A stretch of DNA of 64,000 bases from Armatimonadota bacterium (GTDB lineage Bacteria; Armatimonadota; SYMT01), in contig JAWLHY010000001.1 in assembly GCA_041690135.1 (NCBI GenBank), positions 512,001-576,000 on the forward strand. The letters are read 5' to 3'. Position 1 is the first letter of the stretch. The number at the start of each line of letters is the position of its first letter. The position numbers were made by a program, and so were the translations under genes. This document shows, piece by piece, positions 57,606 through 64,000 of this stretch. The notes under the pieces were generated by a model. The model saw only the letters and a program-made list of their open reading frames with translations, did not search any database and was not told the origin of the DNA.

Positions 57606-59144
57606 ATGTTCGAGCCGGTTGATGACTTGATCGGAGCGGTGCTGCTTGGAGACGCGAGAGCAGCAGAACGGGCTTTGAGGAGAGGGGAGAACCCAAACGT
57701 TCCCCACGAGGAGGGAGGTTTGACGCTTCTCTCCATAGCGGCAGGAGAAGGCTACCGCGACGTTGCGCAAGTCCTGCTACGGTTCGGCGCAATGGTAGAC
57801 TTGCCAGATGACGAGGGGCGAACACCACTATACTTTGCGGTCATTCAGTGCAAAGATCGTGTCGCACGCCTTCTCCTGCGAGCAGGTGCGAATCCCAACC
57901 AGACGTTTCCATGCGGCACCACACCCTTGACCTCCGCTGCTTCATCGGGTGCCCTCTTGATGGTTCGAGCATTGGTCGAGGGGGGCGCAGACGTTAACTT
58001 CTGCGACCTCAATAGGGATAGCCCGCTGGATATCGCATTATGGCACATGAATGACTCTGTTGTGCGGTACCTAGAGAGCATGGGCGGAACAAGAAGTGGC
58101 AGTTCCCCCATCACAGACCTGCGCTCAGCAATAGGTAGCACATCGAAATTAATCGAGAGTCTACAGACGGCTAGCGCACGTTGGGCAAACCTTCAAGAGA
58201 ACGGCGTACTGCCCGAGCCGGGACGAAACTATGATCAACCTGCCATCCCAGAGGATGCCACAGATCCAAGCCCCAAGGAAAACTCGGCACGACGAGCCTC
58301 GCGGAAAGGACGCAAGAGCGCCGCACCCGTCGAACTAACACTTCCCCAAGTGGGGGAGGAACTCAAGAGTCTTATCGGTTTGGATGAGGTAAAGAGCCAC
58401 GTCGGGCAGTTCGTGAACTATCTGCGGTTTCAGCAGATGCGGCAGCAGCAGGGCCTCGCCGTTCCGGAAACTACGCTCCACATGGTGTTCACGGGGAATC
58501 CGGGAACCGGCAAGACGACTATCGCCCGTTTGCTCGCGAAGACGTATCGCTGCCTTGGCGTGCTGAAGAAGGGGCATCTCGTAGAAACCGACCGTTCCGG
58601 CCTCGTGGCAGGCTACGTAGGGCAGACGGCGCTCAAGGTGCGTGAGGTGGTGGAGTCGGCTTTGGGAGGCGTGCTCTTCATCGACGAAGCCTACAGCCTC
58701 GCACAAGAAGGCGGCAACGACTACGGGCGTGAGGCCGTGGACACCCTGCTCAAGATGATGGAGGACCACCGTGATGACCTCGTGGTGATCGTCGCGGGCT
58801 ATACGGAGCCCATGCAGCGCTTCGTCCGCAGCAATCCTGGCTTGCAGTCCCGCTTCAACAAGTTCCTGCACTTCCCCGACTACTCTCCCCAAGAACTCAC
58901 GGCCATCTTCGAGCGGTTCGCGGCCAAGAGCGACTACCGCCTGCGCGAAACCACTAGGGTGACGGTCCAGGAAATGTTCGAGCAACTTTACGCTCAGCGG
59001 GACGAGACCTTCGGTAATGCCCGGTTGGCCCGCAACCTCTTCGAGACCACCGTAACGCGGCACGCCAACCATGTCATGGGGATGGCCTCGCCACAGCCGG
59101 ATGACTTCGTGTCCCTCAACCCCCAGGATGTGATGCAGAGGTAG
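57606..59144 (+). CDS. ankyrin repeats fused to CbxX/SpoVK-type AAA+ ATPase
   Basis: TPLY/TPLT repeats; LIGLDEVK, HMVFTGNPGTGKTT, LVAGYVGQTA, LFIDEAY, NPGLQSRF, FGNAR. Confidence 0.88.
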   Translation: MFEPVDDLIGAVLLGDARAAERALRRGENPNVPHEEGGLTLLSIAAGEGYRDVAQVLLRFGAMVDLPDDEGRTPLYFAVIQCKDRVARLLLRAGANPNQTFPCGTTPLTSAASSGALLMVRALVEGGADVNFCDLNRDSPLDIALWHMNDSVVRYLESMGGTRSGSSPITDLRSAIGSTSKLIESLQTASARWANLQENGVLPEPGRNYDQPAIPEDATDPSPKENSARRASRKGRKSAAPVELTLPQVGEELKSLIGLDEVKSHVGQFVNYLRFQQMRQQQGLAVPETTLHMVFTGNPGTGKTTIARLLAKTYRCLGVLKKGHLVETDRSGLVAGYVGQTALKVREVVESALGGVLFIDEAYSLAQEGGNDYGREAVDTLLKMMEDHRDDLVVIVAGYTEPMQRFVRSNPGLQSRFNKFLHFPDYSPQELTAIFERFAAKSDYRLRETTRVTVQEMFEQLYAQRDETFGNARLARNLFETTVTRHANHVMGMASPQPDDFVSLNPQDVMQR

Positions 59145-59168
59145 AGACGACAAGTTCTAGACTGAAGG

Positions 59169-59201
59169 TGAGGGGCTGGGGAGACTTCCTCCCCAGCCCT
59201 T
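59169..59201. terminator. hairpin between convergent genes
   Basis: gggctgggga...tccccagccc stem. Confidence 0.55.
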
Positions 59202-59373
59202 ACTGCTGCTCGGTGTCGGAAAGTGGCAGGGACGGAGCCTTCGAAGTCATGTTTGCCGGAATCCTGCACCCGCGAGATCCTTCTCCCCGTCACAGTAGGA
59301 GCCGAAGTGAATAAGAAGTCCAACTGGCCCAAGAAACGCCGAGTGCGGTCCGAAGCGGATGACAAACACCAAC

Positions 59374-59780
59374 TCATCCGGGAGACCTTCGACCGCTTAC
59401 TCGCAGAAGATCCACCTGCTGCACGTTGAAGACCGTGTAGTGCCGCAGGATCGGCACGCGGCGGCTTCGGGCCTGCTGTGCATCCTCTGCTTCCTGCTGG
59501 CGAGGGTCGAGGAAGCGCCAGAACACCACGGGGCACCCACGCTCGCCCTTGCGGACGGAACCGCCGAGTGGTTGAAGGTGAGGAAGCGGGGGTCGGAGTA
59601 GCCCAGGGACCCGAGAAGCCACAGATTGATGCCCCGATAGACTTTCCCACTAATGGCGTTGTGCGGAGCCAGTCCTTCGGCAACCCAGGGTTTGTGCCAG
59701 GGAGCCACGCTGCCGCTCTCAATGGCGGCGATGATCCGGTCGGTGATGGTGCGGTCAAGGTCGATCCTGCTGCCACTCAT
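59374..59780 (-). pseudogene. ardC: ArdC antirestriction N-terminal domain, frameshifted and truncated
   Basis: ITDRIIAAIE.G..PW.KPW, YRGINLWLL, then in another frame VVFW..RHYTVFNVQQ. Confidence 0.85.
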
Positions 59781-59933
59781 CTGCTAGTGCCTACCTACTC
59801 TCAATGGGGGCAAGGACGCAGATCGAACAAGACTCGCCATTAGCGCGGACAGAAGCGCTGCAACTGACGCGAAGAAGGTGGGCGTTAGTGAGGCATCACC
59901 TCACTAACGCCCACACGGGTGCTGACCTCTCGG

Positions 59934-60227
59934 CTAGGAGAGATCATCCGGGAAGGGTTCTCCATGCCAGAAGAACCACACGGACTCCACGATTTCCTGA
60001 AGTGCAGGCTCGTCCAGCGCCTCCAGTTTCGCGACCAGCGCAGGTCCGTCCACTCCCCACTTGACTGCAAGCCCTTCCTCAATGGCGAGGGCATCCTGAA
60101 TCTCTAGGGGGAGTTGATGGCACTCGGTCATAATGAGACCATTCAGGGCGTCAGCGATGAGGAACCGTTCGTTCTCATCGAGAAGTGCGCTCAGCGCATC
60201 CGAGAGTTCAACCCTCTCTTGCGTCAC
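59934..60227 (-). CDS. small acidic hypothetical protein
   Basis: 97-aa ORF, LIADALNG..KWGVD. Confidence 0.55.
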   Translation of the reverse strand: MTQERVELSDALSALLDENERFLIADALNGLIMTECHQLPLEIQDALAIEEGLAVKWGVDGPALVAKLEALDEPALQEIVESVWFFWHGEPFPDDLS

Positions 60228-60775
60228 GTCTACCTATCCTTTCTATCGATGGGCGGGGTGCTAGAACCCCCAGCACCCTCGTGGTTGACAGTGACGATAG
60301 GATGTCAAGGTACGAAATTGAGGAAAAATGCCGCAGCCGCCCAGCGAACGGGATCAAGAAGGTCGCCCGCGCCGATGCCATAGATCACAATCCGGATCAC
60401 CATCGCGTCCCCGTCGTTATTCGCCCCGAGACTGGCGGAGGGGTGCCTGGCGAGTCTAATTTTCTGATACCGACTCTATGGCATGTAGTACTGTAGGACT
60501 CCTATGGAGACAGTACTACAGCCGTAGGGATGTTAAGAAGGCCGCCAGGCAAGCAAGCGGCAGGTCCTTCCCTTTGTCTCGCCTGTCAGTCGGAAGGGGG
60601 CGGGGGACTCCTGCGGGTCCCTCCTGGAGGTCCTTCCTCGTAGGAACAAGAACCGAGATGGGAACCCGCGATAGCTGTGAAAGCAATGCCGCCTTAGCCT
60701 GCGGTACGAGCAAGTGCCGCGAAGCACCACGTAGTGGTTGAGCAGCCGAAGCAGCGAACGCCCAACGGAGGCGCG

Positions 60776-61132
60776 ATGCAGTCGAATGAGTCATTTGCCC
60801 ACTGCCCTACGGCAGAATACTGGGAGAAGGAAGTTCCGAGTAGCAACCCGGATAAGCCGCCCTACACCGTGCGCTATTCGAGGCATCATCACAACAACCC
60901 GGACGTGTCGCATGCCTACTCCTGCACCTGCCCGAGCTTCCATAAGTGGCGCACATGCCGCCACATCCGCGAGTTGGAGGAACTCACCGTGGAGCAGGGT
61001 GGACATTGCGGTTGGCTGCAGTTCATCGAAGGCGGCGAGCCGGTTGAGAAGGACGCGCAGAAGTGTTGCCCCGAGTGCGGGGCTGGCCCGGTCGAATTCA
61101 TGAATTGGTTAACTCACAACCCTTCGAAATGA
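60776..61132 (+). CDS. SWIM zinc-finger protein
   Basis: YTV..SCTCPSF....TCRHI plus CPECG; GGAGG RBS. Confidence 0.75.
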   Translation: MQSNESFAHCPTAEYWEKEVPSSNPDKPPYTVRYSRHHHNNPDVSHAYSCTCPSFHKWRTCRHIRELEELTVEQGGHCGWLQFIEGGEPVEKDAQKCCPECGAGPVEFMNWLTHNPSK

Positions 61133-61239
61133 CCTTCGATCAACTCCGAGACTTCCTGCTCCAGCGGATGAGCATGAGCCACATCTACCAACCGCTCGTC
61201 ATCCGGACGCTGGTGGAAAGCGGTGAAAACCCAAGGTGA
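61129..61239 (+). pseudogene. truncated N-terminus of an HIT/HNH-associated family protein
   Basis: MTFDQLRDFLLQRMSMSHIYQPLVIRTLVESG then early stop; ATGA-coupled. Confidence 0.5.
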
Positions 61240-61254
61240 GCATGGGGTTGCTCG

Positions 61255-63273
61255 TCAATAGGGGCTCACCCTTCGCACTGCCAGCAGGCGCTCAGAGGGT
61301 GAGCCCGACGAGGTACAGTGCTCAGCCGCCCGTGAGAGCAGGAGCCGCCCCCCGTCGAGTCCAGGCTCCTCTGGCCGATCGTACTCCGACCACTGCTTCA
61401 GGCTGCCCTGCACGAAGTCGAGGTGCATCCTCCCAAGTTGTGACTGCCACGCGCTGATCGGAGAGCGCCTCTGTGATCCCAGCCACCCGAGACTGGCCTG
61501 GAGATGACGAACGCTGTGCCTCCTGTCTCCGTCTTGAAGGGAGTTCAGAAGTCCAAGTTCCCGAAGAAGCAGTTCTTCTGGATGGCAGGTGCTCTCGCCT
61601 CGCACTGCGGCAGGTTGCTGTCGGAGTACTTGAAGCACTCCCGCCGTGAACGACCCTGGCTGGATACACCCAGCAAGCAGACCATCGTTGACTGCCCGCA
61701 CTTTCCAGAACAGGGAGAATACCCCGCTTCCGTCCTGGCCCTCTTCCTTGGCCTGAAGCACTTCCCCGTAGCGTCCGACACGGAGGAGCGCCTGGGTTAC
61801 GTACGCAAGAAACCTCTCTCTGTCCTTTGGGTGCGAGCACCTGCGGGCGAGGGAAGTACTCGTGTCGATCAATTCTGACGCCATTTCACCATCGTTTAGC
61901 CCGAGGTTCAGTATCGCGGTCCAGATGACGGTGCCCTTTGCACGGAGCCAGAGCCGTGACCTCTCGAAACCATCATCCCCCGACAGGCCCTGGTCCGACT
62001 GGAGTAATTCCCATACCGTTCGGTAGGTTTCCACCACTGCTTCATAGGCCCGAGCAAGTCCAAGTGCTTCCTCGAATGCCAATCGGTTGACCGACGCTCC
62101 AACCTTGCCCGCCTGGTACTCCAGAACACGGTGGAACTGCTCAGGGTCGCTACCCAACCTGCCAACCATACGGTCCTGCGCCTTGATCAAGCGGGATGCT
62201 TCAGAGCAGTCGGCCAAGTGGTTGGCCGTCAAAAGCATGTAGTTCCGCAGGCGGAATTGCAGCGGACGGGCTGGCTCCCCACCAACCTCTTCCAAAGCAC
62301 TTTCCATCCTCCCGAGTGCCGTGTAGCGAACCGCAGGGGCGAGATCGTCAGACCGCTCCAACATCTCGATCAACGTCTCGACACCTGCGCGGGGTGCAGA
62401 TGTCCCCTTCGCGGACACCAAGCGGCCAAACAAGCGGCGAAGCGAGTCAGCTTGTTCTTGGCGCAAGGCCGCAGGGCCGCAATCGGCGACAGACCAGCGG
62501 AAGATGGCTCCAACGAGATCGCCGTCTCGTTCGGCGATTCGTGCCCGACGCTCCATGAACCCGCCGAAGGATCGGAAGACCCTGAGCTTCCCATCAGCTT
62601 GCAGGTCCGCGAGCAGGCGTGCCTCATCGCTGTGACGCCCGTTGTAGACCAGGTTCGCCGTGTAGTCTGCTACCACCGTCCCCCAATTGCTCGACGCCTG
62701 AACCAGGTGTGTTCGCACCCCACTTGCCGCCACCAAGTTCACCAGCCCCCTGGAAGCCAATCCCACCTCAGCAGCAGCCGCAAGTCCAGTGAGGACATTC
62801 TCCTCAATATCAGCGCGGGTGGTCGTGATCCGTCCTTGCTCATCGCGCCTAGTGGCAATCACGAGATCGACCCCTGTGATCTCTACCTCACCCGAGTAGG
62901 TGCTCTCCGCCAGCGCGAGGAGGTCCAGAAGCATCTGCCTGTAAGTGTGCTCCCTATCACTCAATCCCACCTTGTCACTATTGATCACCGCTACGGCGCG
63001 ACGGCCAGCCGCACCATCCAATACCTGTAGGAGCAGGCGGCGACAGGCCCCAACCGCGAAGTCGTGACCACACATCGCACGCATTTCCGTGAGGTGACGA
63101 GCCGTCCGAGCATCAACGCTAATCTCGGTAGGGAAGTTGCAGAGGCGTGACTCCAGTTGCCGCGAAGCGGTGGTCCAGTCACACAGGCAGAGCAGCCCTG
63201 CCACTACCCACTCCCCGCGTGAACTTGAGAAGTCGCCCGACTCGTCAATGAAGATGCTAATCCGCAAGTTCAC
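61255..63273 (-). CDS. DUF3800-like (RNase H fold) domain + long helical C-terminus
   Basis: IFIDESGDF, VVAG, HLTE, VVADY.AN motifs. Confidence 0.7.
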   Translation of the reverse strand: MNLRISIFIDESGDFSSSRGEWVVAGLLCLCDWTTASRQLESRLCNFPTEISVDARTARHLTEMRAMCGHDFAVGACRRLLLQVLDGAAGRRAVAVINSDKVGLSDREHTYRQMLLDLLALAESTYSGEVEITGVDLVIATRRDEQGRITTTRADIEENVLTGLAAAAEVGLASRGLVNLVAASGVRTHLVQASSNWGTVVADYTANLVYNGRHSDEARLLADLQADGKLRVFRSFGGFMERRARIAERDGDLVGAIFRWSVADCGPAALRQEQADSLRRLFGRLVSAKGTSAPRAGVETLIEMLERSDDLAPAVRYTALGRMESALEEVGGEPARPLQFRLRNYMLLTANHLADCSEASRLIKAQDRMVGRLGSDPEQFHRVLEYQAGKVGASVNRLAFEEALGLARAYEAVVETYRTVWELLQSDQGLSGDDGFERSRLWLRAKGTVIWTAILNLGLNDGEMASELIDTSTSLARRCSHPKDRERFLAYVTQALLRVGRYGEVLQAKEEGQDGSGVFSLFWKVRAVNDGLLAGCIQPGSFTAGVLQVLRQQPAAVRGESTCHPEELLLRELGLLNSLQDGDRRHSVRHLQASLGWLGSQRRSPISAWQSQLGRMHLDFVQGSLKQWSEYDRPEEPGLDGGRLLLSRAAEHCTSSGSPSERLLAVRRVSPY

Positions 63274-64000
63274 ACCTCAAACGAGGACGCACTTTCTGGC
63301 TGCTGAGTATCGAAGTAGGCACCGCAGCCTGGACAGATGATGTGGAAGTAGTCCAGCAGGTCCAAGTCATGGTAAGTCCAAAATGGGCCATGCTTGAACA
63401 GCTTCCTATTGCAGTCATAACAATAGCTATAAACGAAGAAGTGGGAGCACCGCTGGCACGTACACCAGTACTTCACTCCGCGCTTAGTTAGGCGAGGCTC
63501 CAGTACGATCTCTCCCGCGCCACCACCGCAGAGTTGGCAGAAGAGGCCATGATCTGGAAGCGCATCCAAACGGCTGCCGACAACACCACTAACTTCCCGC
63601 CTTACCGCTGGCTGTTCCATCGAGTACTCAAACAGCACACCAAGGAGCCGCTTCAATGGCGCAACATGGGACTCCTCGGTCTCCGCAGGAACAGTAGGGC
63701 GAAGCACCACTGCGCCTCGTGTATGATCGGGGAACTCCTCAGTTTCCCAGGGAAAGACTCGACTGCCACCATACAGACTGATGCTCGCCCAAGGCTGCGC
63801 CGTGCGGCGGTGCCGCACGGCGGTCAGGCTCGGATGCACAGCGTAGATCAGATGGCTGATCTCTGGCTTCCGATACTTCCGCTCAAGCTCCTGGAGGTCG
63901 TCAGCGAGACGCAACCCAGCTTCGGGACCATATGGCTTACACTTGGCGTCCAAGACGAGCGTAGCGAGTGCTTTGCTCCCGCTGGAGGAGCCGAACACCT
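63270..64000 (-). CDS. C-terminal part of PD-(D/E)XK nuclease with multiple Zn-ribbons (partial)
   Basis: LVLDAKCK, ..HP; CQLC, CQRC, CYDC, CPGC; GTGA overlap with downstream gene. Confidence 0.65.
   Translation of the reverse strand, partial: VFGSSSGSKALATLVLDAKCKPYGPEAGLRLADDLQELERKYRKPEISHLIYAVHPSLTAVRHRRTAQPWASISLYGGSRVFPWETEEFPDHTRGAVVLRPTVPAETEESHVAPLKRLLGVLFEYSMEQPAVRREVSGVVGSRLDALPDHGLFCQLCGGGAGEIVLEPRLTKRGVKYWCTCQRCSHFFVYSYCYDCNRKLFKHGPFWTYHDLDLLDYFHIICPGCGAYFDTQQPESASSFEV

Larger units (their letters stand above)
48700..64000. mobile_element. integrative element / prophage-like island beside tRNA-Ser (right end beyond window)
   Basis: Integrase, HNH, primase-like Rep, exonuclease, ardC remnant, defence-like cargo; composition shift. 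Confidence 0.8.

Noticed and set aside
60285-60308. TTGACA...TGTCAA as a promoter
   Set aside because: No properly spaced -10 on either strand

Overview
High-GC bacterial chromosomal window; the gene content (DUF1501, DUF1592/DUF1552, SARP-NB-ARC-TPR regulator) suggests an Armatimonadota/Planctomycetota-like host, which is an inference. Positions 1-17 kb and 35-48 kb are mostly metabolic and secreted-protein genes plus a PARIS-like AAA-ATPase/DUF4435 pair. The main structure is two minus-strand integron cassette arrays (about 17.45-20.8 kb and 24.0-34.2 kb) with about 19 recognisable attC sites. Each array is headed by the same sigma70 promoter (TTGGC[G/A]-17-TATAAT) and the same small TIR/REP element, and each ends at a DUF1592 gene or its decayed copy. 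Only a short intI N-terminal remnant survives, cut off at the TIR element. The second array splits the DUF1592-DUF1552 operon and carries nuclease, toxin-antitoxin and defence-like cassettes, including a CAP12-type TIR + ThsA-type Macro fusion. From 48.7 kb a tyrosine-integrase element sits on the 5' side of tRNA-Ser(CGA). It carries an AEP-like Rep preceded by a terminator, an exonuclease, an Ank-AAA fusion, an ardC pseudogene and a DUF3800/PD-(D/E)XK pair, and runs off the window. All family calls are by eye from motifs; no database search was run.
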